Shown: positions 36,124 to 49,439 of the stretch, piece by piece
Layout of the letters: each line of letters starts with the position of its first letter
Numbering within the stretch: position 1 is the first letter of the stretch
Assembly (NCBI GenBank): GCA_015680685.1
Contig: MNCI01002585.1
Coordinates: 452,105 to 516,104 of the forward strand
From: Gnetum montanum
Lineage: Eukaryota > Plantae > Gnetophyta
Direction: 5' to 3'
DNA length: 64,000 nt
Translations under genes and position numbers: made by a program
The notes under the pieces: model-generated
What the model was told of the DNA's origin: nothing
Seen by the model: the letters and a program-made list of their open reading frames with translations, nothing else
Database searches by the model: none

Positions 36124-36389
36124 CACAACAGACGTTGTGCAATGCTTTGAGCTTTCTATTACTTTTTGTTTAACAGTGTTTCTGTTTTATAGTTTCTGCA
36201 GTATTTCTCTTAGCGGCCCATTCTTTTCCTTGACACACCAGATCCAACTTAAAATTTTAAGACTCTAAATTTTTAAGTCCCTAAAATTTTAAGACTCTGA
36301 AATTTTTAAGCTGGGACACTATTTATACATGTACTGGCATGCTCATTTTCTTGCCTTTGTAGCTTCGACTGCCTGGCCGCATTACCTAA

Positions 36390-36431
36390 ACACACTGATG
36401 AGGGGTGCAAGTCCTCGAAAACATTTTGTGT
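36390..36431 (+). ncRNA. Minimal type-I hammerhead ribozyme motif, copy D
   Basis: Same core; the stem II 3' strand is CCTC (G-U tolerated). Confidence 0.75.
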
Positions 36432-37799
36432 CACAACAGATGTTGTGCAATGTTTTGAGCTTTCTATTACTTTCTGTCTAACAGTGTTTCTATTTTACAG
36501 TTTTCTGTAGTATTTCTCTCAAGCCCCCCGTTCTTTTCCTTGACGCATGAGATCCAACTTAAAATTTTTAAAATTTTAAGAGTTTGGATAAGCTGGAATG
36601 CTTGATCCAAACCCTACGATGGTGTGGGTAGCTGGAGAACTACCGAGGCAGCCCCCACCTGTGGAATGGCGGGGGTGGTGGTGTGACCCATCAGGGGTAC
36701 CGTTGGGGTCGCCTCCGCGAGTGGTGCTGCTTGCATTGTCCACCACCTAGCAGGAGGTGCTATTGGAGCAGCAACTGCAGGTTGAGCCGCTGGATAGACT
36801 GCTTATGTTGCCGGTGGAACAAACCATAGCCCCATGTTAGGTTGTACCATTTGTAGGGTTTGGTGGGTCTAAGGGCAGACATAACGAGACATCTACGATG
36901 ATTGTGGAATAGGCGAAGAAGTGAATGGGGTCCACCACATGGACCGGCCCGGGCCCACACACTATGGGTGGAATAGACGTGAATGTAGGAATCGAAATAG
37001 AAGTTGTGTAAGATTGCGAAGAAGGCACAGTGTGAATATGCGGTAGGGTAGCCGTGATTAGTGTGTCATGCGCTACTAGAATAGATTGATGAAGAGTTTG
37101 CGAAGGCTTAGTCGCTGCAAATGAAACAAAAGAATAAGGGCGTTGATACGCCGGGAAGGTGACATGGCTACCCATTGCGATTGTAGTTGCGGGCTGTGGG
37201 AGCATAGGCATGATGACAAAGGGAGCAGTGACAGGCAACGCATTAGCCCAGAAGGACTGGGTAGGAGGGATAGGAATGGGGTTGGTTTGACCTCCTTCGT
37301 CAGATTGGGAATTGAGTTCCTTCTGTCCATCCTAAAAAGTGTCATCTTGGTTAGACACCGTGTCTTGTTGCTCCCTAAGCCTAGCCAATTGGATTAGTTG
37401 ATCTAGAAGCCTTTGGTTTATCTGTGTCAAAGGTATGGAAACACTAGGAGTGGGAACAAATTCCTTCTCATTGTAGTAAGTAAACTCGAAGCTACATTTA
37501 TCTTCGAGTTCGTGTACATCTAAAGGCAGGTTTTCCTGGACCTTTGCATAGAGGAAGCTGTAGCACTCATGTTGCTGGACCAAGCCCTTAGGTCCCCGAT
37601 TTTGATCCTGAGGGATCAACGTGTTTCCAGCATTGAGTTCAGTGGTTGTTCGACACTAGTGGTTTCTTGAACTGTGATGGGAACCTCCACGTTGAAGGTG
37701 TTAGCAATAGTAGTTGCGGAAGCCATTGTTAAGTTAAGCAGTTTTGTGAATGGAAAAAAGTAAAGAAGTTGAACAGCTAAGTAGTTTTGCGAACGAGAA

Positions 37800-38295
37800 G
37801 AGAAAAAAAGTTGGCAAGCAATCAAAAAGAAGGCTTTATGTCTTGCAGGGCTCTCGAGGAACCGTCGAGGCGACTGATCTATACCACACAATGCGTAAAC
37901 AACCGCAAAAGGGTGTCACATTTACGCTAGTGTGTGATAGGGTACAGAATGCATGTAAGACTACCATGAAAAAGGCAAGTCAGTTGGCAACTAGAGGCTT
38001 TATGTCTTGTAGGGTTCCCGAGGAACCATCGAGGCGACCAATTTGCATCGCACAACATGTAAACAACCACAGACAGGTGTCATGTTTACACTAATGCGTA
38101 TCAGGGTGTAGAAAGCTGACAAGACTACCGTAAAAAAAAGGCAAGTCAACTGGCAATTGAAGGCTTTATGTCCTATAGGGTTCCCGAGGAACCGTCAAGG
38201 CAACCGATCTGCACCGCACGACACATAAATAGCCACATATGGGTATCACATTTACGTTAATGCATATCAGGGTGCAGAAGGCTTATAAGACTACT
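37800..38295. repeat. ~165-bp tandem repeat x3 in 5' UTR of copy 2
   Basis: AGGCTTTATGTC recurs at 37831, 37995 and 38161 with colinear flanks. Confidence 0.9.
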
Positions 38296-38321
38296 GTGAC
38301 ATGTGGAAAAGGTACCAAAGG

Positions 38322-38338
38322 CCCTCCTTCTAGCACCA
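38322..38338 (-). promoter_or_regulatory. PBS of copy 2 (Tat-clade type)
   Basis: Minus TGGTGCTAGAAGGAGGG, separated from the LTR CA end by a short T-rich spacer. Confidence 0.85.
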
Positions 38339-38346
38339 GAAAAAAC

Positions 38347-39978
38347 TGTAGCGATTGAAAACGTCGACGGTTGGAAAAATGTTGACAGGTTGTCGGCCGT
38401 GGATAGTCTTGACCCCATCTCCATGGGAGGGCCGTGTTGGATGGGACAAAAATAAGGCACCTTGAATGGTTTGGTCAATCAAATAGGGACTTAGTTGGTG
38501 TCTATATAACCTTTTGTAACGTGTTATTTGAAAACGATGCTAATAGCGTGAAGTAATGCTTAAATGTAAAATAAATGGAAAATAATGTAAATTGCAATAG
38601 TAAACAGGAAATAATGTAAACTACAATTAGAAAAATGCATCGCTTCGAAGCTATGGCCTCGCTTTGTCAAGATGGATACAATCGGTTGCACAGCGCTGGG
38701 AAGTGTAAAAATCCTGAGAGTAACCAAGACGTGTAGAACGAGATGGCTGTGCGCTTGAATGCTGGCTCAGTCGTCAACAATGCAAAGTACTACCAAGGTG
38801 GTAGAGAAGAATAGAATAGAATGCCAACTGAAAATGCTAACTATTTACAGTGTTAAACAGAAAGCTTACAATGCTTGAGATTACAATGCCAACTTTTTGC
38901 TTGTCTACTAACTAGACTGTTAGCTGACTAGATTGTCGAGAAAATAGACTAGGGATTGAAAAGCCTTGAAGAAGGGAGATGTCAAAAGTGTGAAAAGTTA
39001 GAGTGTACCAGTGCCCGAGAGAGCCAGAAAGAGCGAGAGAGAGCCCGAGAGAGAGAGAGAGCCAGAGTTTAAGCATTGCTCATCAGGGTATTTATAGGAC
39101 CAAGGGCGCACGAAAGATGCGATTTGAACGCCATGTGCCTTGAGCCTATGCTGACTTGTTTATGCTACACGTGCCTGCATGACTATTGGGTGACCCTACC
39201 ATGTCGTAATTACAAACTTGTCGCATCGTAATTACGCTGTCAGAGCAACGATGCAATTAGGTGAGGTGCATTAATGTTGCGTAACCGCTTGCCACGCCTT
39301 GCCATGCTTTGTAGCGTAGCATGTTTGGCGTAGTGTGGCATTTTGTCACGCTATGCTACGCTATGCAGCGTAGCTATCAGTTTGAAGCAAAAAATCTACA
39401 TTGTGTCTTGTTGCATGTGTTGGGAACTTTCGCAGTGTTGTGGCTGCTTGTCGCAGATTTACTACGCTACGTAGTGTATCATAGTGTAGCAGTTGTTCTT
39501 AGCCACAAAAATGTTGCCAATCTGCAAACTTTGTCTTTTGCACTGTGAAGTTTGTGAACTTGTTGATCCCGCCCTTTGAGATGCCTTTTATCAACTTTCA
39601 CAGAATTGCTACGCCTAGCTGCACCATGTAGCTTAGCGTAGCGTAGCAGCAAACATGACCTGATTTTGGCCAAGTTCGTCGCTCTCTGACGGAAGAAGAC
39701 ATTGCCAAAAGACTTGGAGTCAGGCGAAGGGGCTGACTATCCAACTTTTTCTACGCTGTGCTGCACAACATAGCGTAGCACTGTGCTTCTACAATCGTCT
39801 TCTGAAGTTTGCTACACTACACGGCGTAGTGTAGTGTAGCAAGACTCCTGGACTTAGAAAACTTACTGAAGCGAACAATCTAAAAATCAGAGCATCCATC
39901 TTCTGAAAAACTACCATAATGCTATGTGAATTGCAAAGACCTGGTGAAACACGTGCCTTCAAATTTTGGGGTGTTTCA
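38347..39978 (-). repeat. 5' LTR of copy 2
   Basis: TG...CA termini (minus TGAAACACCCC...GCTACA). A TATA box (minus CCTATAAATA) at 39089-39098 is followed by a (CT)n tract. Confidence 0.95.
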
Positions 39979-40199
39979 CTAAAGAAAAAGCCCAATTGAT
40001 TTGGGAATGCATTTTCATACTTTCATTCTTACAACCAATTTTGGAAAACCTCCCCTTTGGGGTAGGAAAAGGATTAGGGCTTGCTCTTATTCAAAAGCAT
40101 CCTCATGAGTTTTTGCTTAGTACTAAAGGGTTTCTTATAAAGAAAAGGAGAACAATCTCTCTAAAGAAGAAATAATAAATCAATTAGAGATAAAAAATA

Positions 40200-43100
40200 A
40201 ATAGCAACAAAAGCTAAAATGTTCCCATTCTTAAGCCTCCAAAACAAAAAGAAATTAGTATTTTAGAAAAAAAATTAATTATTCAACTTTCACTAGAAGC
40301 TTTTTTGCTTAAAGTTGTTGAAAAGTGACATCTTTAAGAATTTAGTATTTGATACCTAAAAATAGATCATAGTTATGTTCTTACTATTAGAAAATAAGTG
40401 CACAATAAAGCTTCCAAATAGAGTAGAGAATAAGGGGTCAAATATAATTCCAAATGTAAAGAAATAAAGTAGATAATTTAGGTTGATCACCAAGAATAAC
40501 TTCATTGATGCTTAATTGAAAGTTTTTACAAATTCTAGATATCCATTTCAAAGCATGTTGAGTAACAAGGCACTTTAAAAAATATGACAAAATGATTTTT
40601 CACTTCTACAAAGAGGACATTAAGGAAAAACATTTCCCATATGTTTAAGATGAGTGTCAATAAGAAGACCTTGATGAATAAGATACCATAAAAAGTATGA
40701 ATTTTAGAAAATGTAGGAGCTTTTCAAATAACTGTTATTTTTCTTATTTGTTATGAATAAAATCATTCTTTATAATAATCTCATAAGCAAATTTTGAAGT
40801 AAAAGGAAAAACATATCTACCATCCTTCCAAAATATCTATAAAATCCTAATACTAATTATTGTTAAGTTTAAATAAATTATTAAAATTAAAAATTAATTT
40901 TTCAAAATTCTTTTTCTTCTTTATATTCAAACCATAGAGGCTAGAAACTTCATTCCAAGTAATTCATCTTTCATGCATATGTAGATAAGAAATTATAGTG
41001 ATACCCAATTTATTCTAACTGTTACACAGTCTAGATGCATTGGTAGTCGAACCTTCTTTATTAAAAGGAAGTTACCGTGGGCTAATTTGCTTAAGAAAAT
41101 CTTTTGAAACTATAATATGATTGTAATTCCAATATTTACTAAGCTTGCACTATGTCTTTCAAATCTATTTAAGAACTAGAGAACTAGAAATAGAAATGGA
41201 TTGAGGAGAAGGAAGACAATTAAGAAACTTATTAGAAAATCATCTATTATCATTCTTAAGTTTTCTTTACATAAGTTTGTTTCTTAAAAGAAGCATTAAA
41301 ACATGATCTTCATTAATGTTCTCTACAATCCATTTTGCTATAAGAGAAATACCTTGGTTATAATAATTAATGAGGCCAAGTCCTCAATAATTCTTGCTAC
41401 TTGTGCAAATATCCCAAACAACTTTAGAAAAATCTTTTCTATGTTTCTTAGCAAACCAAGGAAATCGATGGATCATATGATCAATTCTCTCATATGAAGT
41501 TTTAGATGGATCCCAACAACTAGGGTAATAAACATGAGGTAATTGAAGCATTTGCTTAATAACTAAAACTTTTCTAATAAGGGTGAGCTTTTATTATTTC
41601 CATTTATCAAGCTTCTTTTCAATTTTATCAATCACATAATTTCATAAAATAGTAAGCTTAAGGTCAAAAGAAAAAAGTATTCCTAAAATTTTAAAAACAT
41701 AATCTTTTTTCAAGATTTTCCAAGGCTTAAGAATAACCTACTCATCAATATTTCCATTACAATAAACAAAAATTTTTGGCCAATTGATTTGAAAGCCAGA
41801 TAACACATAATAATCCTCCACTCTACCTAAAAGAGTATTAATATGTTGTAGAGAATTTTTGATCATAAAACAAGAATCATTTGCAAAGTGCATGTCAAGC
41901 AATTATGTACCTTGATCATTAATTAAAATTTCTTTAATGAAACGCATCTATAGATCATAATGTAGATTATGTGAAAAAAATTTATAGTAATAATAAAAAG
42001 ATCAAGATCTAGAGGACAACCTTGATAGATTGACCATTGAAGGAAAAAAGAAAAACTTAGTCCAAAATTAGTAGCAACTTTAGCATTAGCATTAGTGAGC
42101 AAGGTATGGAAAAGTTGAATAAAATAATCATTAAATCCTACTTTATAGAGATAAGAAATAATAAAATTCCATTTAATCTTGTCATAAGCTTTGGCATAAT
42201 ATAACTTAATGAAAGCAATGTCTTTGTTAGTATTAGAAGTCCATTGCATTCCCTCCCAAGGTGCAATAATATTATTTAAGATATGTCAACATTTATAAAA
42301 ACTAATTTGTTGAGGTCTAATGATATCTTCAATAATCTTCTAAATTTAGTAATTTATGCATTTAGCTAAAATTTTATAAGTATTATTATGAAGAGTAACT
42401 AGTCTTTACCAATATATTAAAGATCTCCATTCCTAGAAAGAAGACAAGTTAAAGATTTATTAATATTTTTACCAGGAGAAATTTTTTTAATGGCTTCTTA
42501 GAAAGCATGAAATAGATAATCTCTAATGATATTCCAATGCTAAAAAAATTTAATAGTAAAACCATCAGAACTTGGAACTTTACCATATGCTAAACTAAAG
42601 ATCATTGCTTTGATTTCTTCCATTGTAATTTTTGGTTCAAGAATACTTTGACATGCTTTTGTTATAAGATGAGGAATATGCATCTTAAAGGTTTAGAAAG
42701 ATTTCTTACTAAAACCTTTAGAAGAAAAAATAGAAAAAAAAAGGATTTGATTAAAACTTCTTAATAGTCTCATGATCTTCAATGATGGAATCATTTATAT
42801 AAAATGATTCTAGTTTAGGTACTTGATCTTTTCTTTTAATTTTTTTTAAAAATTCCTTGCAAGGTTTATCTTTCATTTTAGTCCAACATATGCAACTTTT
42901 AGTGAGAGCACTTCAAAATTATCCCAACATTGTTTAGCTTAATGAGATTTAGCTAAGGATTTTTGATTTTTAAAATCAAAGGGATTTTTATCTAAAATAA
43001 TTTGCATTTTCTTTACAAATTTTGAAAGATCTTCTTCAACTTGACACTTATGCTTAGTAAATTGCTTTCCAAATTATATAGCATAGTTTATGACTCTACA

Positions 43101-45080
43101 AGTAGGTTGTTGCTGCAATCAATCCAACTAACATCACTAGTAGGCCTTTTTTTTTCTATTTTTCTTTTTAGCATTTTATAAAAATTCTAATAAATTTTCC
43201 TACAGGGTCCTATGAACATATTAACATTCATATGAAAAAGCTCATGCCTTCAAAAGGATGAAGAATTAATACTAGAGAGCAAAATTCTAATAGAAAAATG
43301 ATTTGACAAAGTAGAATTTGTAAGCACCTTTACTTTTCTTGCAGGCTTGTAAAAGGAAGCATTAGAGGTGTAAAATCTATCATGTTAGCAATAAATTCTA
43401 TCATTTCCTTATTGATAATTACTAATGGTTTTCATTTAAATGGGATGAGAATAAAGAGATAACATCAAAAAGAGAATATTTTTCTTTGAAATTGTATTAA
43501 TCTTATTTTTCTTAAGAGGATATAGTAGGAGGAAGACTACTAAGATTATCTAAATGACTTTCAACCATATTGAAATCACCTCCAATAATTCAAGGAACTT
43601 TAGGCAAAGATAGAAGATATTTCTAAACCTCTGATTAATATTTTAAATTATTAAGAGCATAAATATTATAGAGTTCAAAGTCACTTTTTTCACTATAACA
43701 TATAATCCAAGTAACTCTTTCAAGGTTGTCAAATCTATAATTCAAAAATTTTCAAGTTTAATTTCTATTAATAAGAATAGCAGCACATCCTTTATAAACT
43801 TCATGAGTAGTAGAAAAAACACTACAATTTTTTAAAATGTGTTTACCAACAAAACTAATATCATATACTGAAATCTTATTTTCTTATAGAAAAATAAAAG
43901 CTGGAGATAAATGTCAATTTGAAACATACCCCTTGGCTATTTTTCTAGAGACCTATCAAAAAGGCCTCAAACATTCCAGGATAAGAGTAATATTGAGATA
44001 TGGAAAAGGAGGCCACCATCCCTAATTCTTCAAGCTTAGCATGTCTCACAATCTGTCACCAATAAGTGAAAAAGCATTATTTGATAAAAAAAAATTAGAA
44101 TAATATTAGAAGCAAAAAGAGAATGAGATACCTTTGGAATTTTTAAATTGAAATCAGTAGTTGCAGGCTCTTTCTTTTTATGTTACATTGAGTGAAATTC
44201 ATCTACATTAGTATTTTCATTGCTAGTCATTGCTAGAAATTTCTGTTCTTTTACTAAAGAGGAATTCTCTTTAGATATCAAGAGTTTACTAACACCTTTA
44301 GAATTAAAAGGATTATAAGATTTTGAGAACTTATTGAAGAAGATTTCATTTGTGTGTGTTGAAAATTATCATTATTTGTCTTTTTTAAAAATTATTATTT
44401 CTTTTCCTCATGAACTAGTTTTTTATTGAGAATATGATAGATTCCAATAAAAAGGTCTTCACAACAACAATAGCTACAACATTCTCATAAATTATAATAT
44501 GTAATTTTTTTTGAAAAACACTAATTACTGGCCTTGAGTTTTAATTCTATCTTCTTCTATCGTAAATTAATCTCTACAAAATAATGTATGTCATGTACAC
44601 CATCTAGTCATGTTTTTGACTCTATCTTTAGGTTTGTGTCAATGCCACCAGTAATTTCACTTTCAACACTTTGAAAAATGTGAGGAATTTTTTTTAATTT
44701 AATCAAGCGAGGAATTTTAGAATAATCATAAGAATATGGATCAAAATCCACTTTCCATTCTCAAACAATAATAGCATTACACTAATCCATTAAAAATTAA
44801 AATCCAATGATTTCTCAACCATTTTTAGATTCACTAGTTTGACAAAAATAATGGAAAAATAGTAGGCATACAAATCGGTAATTATATATCATTCAAGGAT
44901 AGCTTGAATCACTGGTGTAAAACCCTTGTTTAGGTGAACAAATACAATAATTTGTAGAAATATGTATTGTGAAGTAATATCTTTGGACATGAATTCATAT
45001 AAATCATCAGGTAAAACAGAATCAAAAGTCTCATAATTCTTCATAATCTCTATGGTCTAAGAGACATTAATATTTTCCAT
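40200..45080 (-). mobile_element. L1-type LINE retrotransposon, decayed
   Basis: RT motifs IKLYYAKAYDKIKWNF and SIYQGCPL (41923-42249), APE endonuclease IIGGDFNMV at ~43562-43590, and an ORF1-like EWKVDFDP at ~44738-44760. Confidence 0.85.
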
Positions 45081-45099
45081 CTTCTAATCATTCCTTGTA

Positions 45100-46515
45100 A
45101 AAAAACAACTTTGTCATAAAAACTCCACTAGAAACCTTCAAGATTTTCAAACTATTAATATTTCTTTCAAAGCAAGAAATTTCTATTTTTGAAGGATTTT
45201 ACTAGGTTTTTACAGTAGACAAGATAGGGTTTTACTAGTTTTTATGTCTTATAGCTATGTAATTATGATCTTTCTCTTTTGAAGATTTTGTTTACCCATG
45301 TGTAATTATCATCTAAGCATTAAATGCTATATATTCTTTTCAAAGAGCTAAAATTGATACTAGTGTTGCTATCTGTAAGACAAATATAAAACATGTAGCA
45401 TGAGCAATGCTTTGGAATGGTTCTTTTATTGCATTGATTATGAACCAATTATTATTCTTCTTCTTAAAGTAGGATTTTTGATTCATAAAAATCTCCTTCA
45501 TTTCATCATTGTCTACATATGAATTTGGAAAGTTTGCAATTCTCTATCCTAGAATATAAACCATATTGTATCTTAATTTAGAAAAAATATATCTCTTTGT
45601 CATATGATTTATACATAAATTTCTCATTTCTTTTAGTTTTTAGAATTCTTGACACTTTTTGGTGGAATATTTTTGTTTCTAGATATTATTGCAAATATAT
45701 ATCCAAAAAAATCTAACTTTTGAAATTTGATCCATATTTCTTATGAGAACTATAATTACAACATATTGAAAAGTGTTCTTGAATGTACCATGACTTCGAT
45801 ATTATTTTTTTTCTTCTATCATCTTGATGTGCTAACCTTTCTCCAATTTCCTCCCACTGTTTTAGCTAAATTTGGGTGTTCATTCTTCCTTATTTCTTTA
45901 CAATTTTTCCAAAATTTGAGTTTACTACTTTTATGTTCATTCTTACTTTTTAGAATATGAACTCTTGTTTTTCTCACCTCTATTAATAATACCCTTACAA
46001 TCTTATACCAATTCCAATTTTCCTTACATGACCTTCTTCATAAATACTTCATTCATTACCTTATTGAATTAATAGTGTGTAAATTACTTGTAGATCATTT
46101 AAAACTTCAATAATTCTTCTTGAAACTTTAGTTTCTTGTCTCAACATATTACTTTAATAATTTATAAGAGATCATGATATTTTAACATTATCATGTCATT
46201 AATGTATTTCATCTTTCTTTCATAGGTATACTTGCTTATTTGTTTTGAAATCTTATCATGATTTCATAAATTAGACTTCAAGCATGTCCTTAATAAATAT
46301 GGTATACATCTTGGATAAATTTTATTATTTTACCTTTATCAATTAGGTTTCTATTTCTCCTAGTTTTCAAATTGATTTTTCTGTAATGTTGTTCTTAAAG
46401 GAATTTTGTAACTTATCCTTGTTAATCTCAAAATTTTGTATGCTCTAATTATGAACACTCATTAAAACCTTATAATATTAACTCCTTGAAACCTTCAAGA
46501 CTTGCTCTAATACCA
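45100..46515 (-). mobile_element. Decayed Copia-like 5' internal fragment
   Basis: Minus TGGTATTAGAGC (tRNA-iMet PBS) at 46504-46515 follows ...TTACA. A protease-like CLTDSNT lies near 45360-45385. Confidence 0.45.
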
Positions 46516-49439
46516 TGTAAAATTGTTAACGAAGTTAAAAATATTTTCCTTGCAAGGATCATTATCAAAATTGCAATTATATTTCCATAAGTTTATATTG
46601 TGATTTCATCCTTTATAAGAATGACTTATTGTTATTCCATTTAGTTGAAATTAAAAGAATTCATATATAAAATGGATTCATTAATCTTCCATGGGCTTTA
46701 TCATCATTGTTACATTCTTCCAGCTTGATTTCCATGTAATCTTCTTTCATCAATATTCCTTTGCTAGGGAATTCTAGTTTGCTTGTTCAACTCTTGAGTT
46801 AGAAGCTCAACACTGTTTATGGTAATCTTGTATAGAATATATAGTTGTATGATCATTCTATTTTTCTTCCTTTTAGCATGATTTCTATTCTCATTGGCAA
46901 GTTTCATCTTCCATTCCTCATACATCTTACCTTCAATGAATTCTTCATGACTTTAGTTTCCATTACTTGAACTCTTCATGGATGATTTTTCCATTCCTAT
47001 TCATTAATATTTATAATTGGTGAATGGACTTAATTTATACTCTCTCTCCCAATATGTTTTACTTACTTCTAGACTTGGATTGTTAGCACAAATTATCATT
47101 TTTTATGTGCACTTCTATTCTTTCATGTGTATCTTTTCTATGATACACTTCTTTCATCATTGTTAGATTGTAGATGTCATACTTCATAGAGGCTTGTTTA
47201 ACTCCCATGCAACTTGGGTTTCATATCTTAGTCTTTACACAATGATGTTTTATGTCTTCTCCTTTATGTGGATTGTAATACTTCTTGAATATGTTTGTTT
47301 TGGAGAAATCCATTTCTTAAGAATGAGAGGTTTTTGTACTTGTGAGTATAAATGAAGATCCACAAATTTTCTTAAATGATCTAAGAAAATTCAAATTAAA
47401 TAAGAACTTAGAAGTCTTACAATAGATATAATAAATGATTGGGAATATGGAAAAAAGGAAGTTAAAGGGGAAATTTAAAGAAATAAATAAGATTAAAACG
47501 AATAAAATAAAGAATATAAGGTTGATAAAACACTAATGAAAATGATAGAAAAATAAAATTCTTCAAAATTGAAACTTACAATCACATTAACATTAGCATT
47601 TGATCAGTGATAAGAAATTACATCATGAAATGGGAATGGGATGAAAGCTCATCAAAATGTTACTAAAATTCTACAACATGGTGGGAATTGAATTTCTCAC
47701 AAAATAGGGAGAAAGCTAATTCAATGTTTTCTACCTTGAAAATAAAAGGTTTTAGCCTTTTTTTTTTTTAAAGATGCTTTGAAAACTAACGACCAGCTTA
47801 AGAATGAACACTACATACGAAGATAAAATAAATGCTTTCAATTTTTTATTTACTATGAGAAAGGTTATATAAATGTTCAACCTTTGTAACCTTGAATTAA
47901 TCTTTGAATTGGATATTTATAGCCTTAATTATGCCTTTTGATCTTCTTTTTGGAAGTTAAAACAAATAGTTCTAAAGAATTTGAAGAATGAATGATGGTC
48001 GTTAGATTTGTGAATGATGTTAACATTTAAAAAATGAACACTAGATGTTATATTATCACTCAATTTTGAAATAGATAAGAATGAATGTTGAAAATAATTT
48101 TAAGTGTTAAATTTAAGGTTTGCTAGATTTTTAAACTTCAAATGCTAATTAAACATTGGGTGTTAAATTATAGTTCATCTTTTTGGAGATAATGAGATTG
48201 TCATCTAAAGGCACTATTTTTGTTCATTTTAATGACAACTTTTAACATGAATTTAAGGCATACTATTAAATTATTTTTCAACTTGAAATTTATGAAGAAT
48301 TTAACATCAACATTGATTTGACTAGATTTCTGCTGTTTCCTGACTAGATTTCTGCTGTTTCCTTGAGATTGTTGATGAGTTATTTTATGGAATGTTGGAC
48401 TAAACATGGGTTGATATTTTAGATTCCCAAACATTGTTGCCTCTATTTTTGAGTTTTGCTGAAACTTTGAAAGGACACTTATAGACAAGAAAATTGTATT
48501 GAGAATGTGAAGCCTAACATTTTTTCTTCTTGATGGATGTTGTTAAAGAATTAAAGGTGGAGTCATTAAGAAAAGACTAACAACCTAAAGTGAACAAAGA
48601 TTATATTTTTCATAATTATCTTCAAATTATTTAAGAACAAGGATAATGATGCTAAAAGAGGAAGGAAAGAATTATTTAGAAATCCACAATGAATTAGAGA
48701 ATATTATTTTTTTAGAAAAATAAAGGAAGTTAAAGAGTAGCAATATATAATAGGAATAATAAGGGTTAGTGTGAGATGGCACCAATTGTAAAGAGCATGT
48801 ATAATTTAGGCTCTTCAAAAAGTGTTAAGGAGAGCTTAAAATGAAATGGACCAAGTGAAAGTTTTTGAATCTATTTAAAATTTTGGAATTTTTTTAGTGA
48901 TCCTCTCTCTATTTATTCTTTTCAAGTGGTGTTTAACTTTGAGGAATGATTTTTGAATTTTAAGGAAAATAGGGATGTCTCCATTAAGAAGCAAAAGAAG
49001 ATAAATTTTTACTATAGGAATTAGTTGTGGGAAAGGGAAAATGTTAAAATGAAAGGAGAAAAATAGGGAAGAAAATTGAGAAAAAAGGGTAAAACACAGT
49101 AGGATATGTGCTTTATGAATAAGGAAGAAAATGGTATGTATTATTCATTATTTGCCTCAAGGATTAGTTTGAGGAATGCAGATGCACTTGATGATGTTGA
49201 TGTTAGATGATGTAGATTGCTAAAATTTTTAGAATCAAGGAAAAGTGGCTAAGTGTAAAGAAGAGTTTACTAATGATGAGATTCTAAAATATAAGAATAT
49301 TGAGTGTACTTGCAAGTAAGCAAAAGTGTCAAGGAGAAGTGGGAGATAGGGAAGGAAAGGTAGGACATTGCCAATACATCTATCATGAGATAGGGAAGGA
49401 AAGGTAGGACATTGCCAATACATCTATCATGAGGACAGT

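Larger units (their letters stand above)
34767..36577. mobile_element. Non-autonomous hammerhead-bearing retroelement (Penelope-like pLTR / retrozyme-like) nested in gag
   Basis: One inverted (34767-~35030) and three direct (~35135-35410, ~36000-36300, ~36310-36577) copies of a ~270-300-bp unit, each with a hammerhead motif, plus a ~560-bp unique spacer. Gag resumes on both sides (..LIQTL | IKCLKA..). Confidence 0.8.
32219..37726 (-). pseudogene. gag-aspartic protease of copy 2, interrupted by the hammerhead-bearing insertion
   Basis: KYDGEGDPNTHL (gag), FCDYHQQCNHKLNYC (Tat-type zinc knuckle), VHVDDGVAMKVI...FNLILGRS (protease). The frame ends with a stop at ~32219, about 4.9 kb before the RT frame. 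Confidence 0.92.
21616..39978 (-). mobile_element. Tat/Ogre-like Ty3/Gypsy LTR retrotransposon, copy 2 (near full length, ~18.4 kb with inserts)
   Basis: Direct LTRs at 21616-23212 and 38347-39978, PBS, PPT, gag-PR, RT and INT with Tat-type motifs (DVFMWSYSDMLGLD, KDDFPL, FWLKNAGATYQ, YVDD, HKGLCGGH, GYYWP, FTKWVEA). A TSD is not testable because of the N at 21615. Confidence 0.95.

Noticed and set aside
49343-49432. Exact 44-bp tandem duplication (also the 86-bp one at 53608-53783 and a ~40-bp one at 32109-32190)
   Set aside because: Ordinary slippage or a local assembly overlap; no functional signal.
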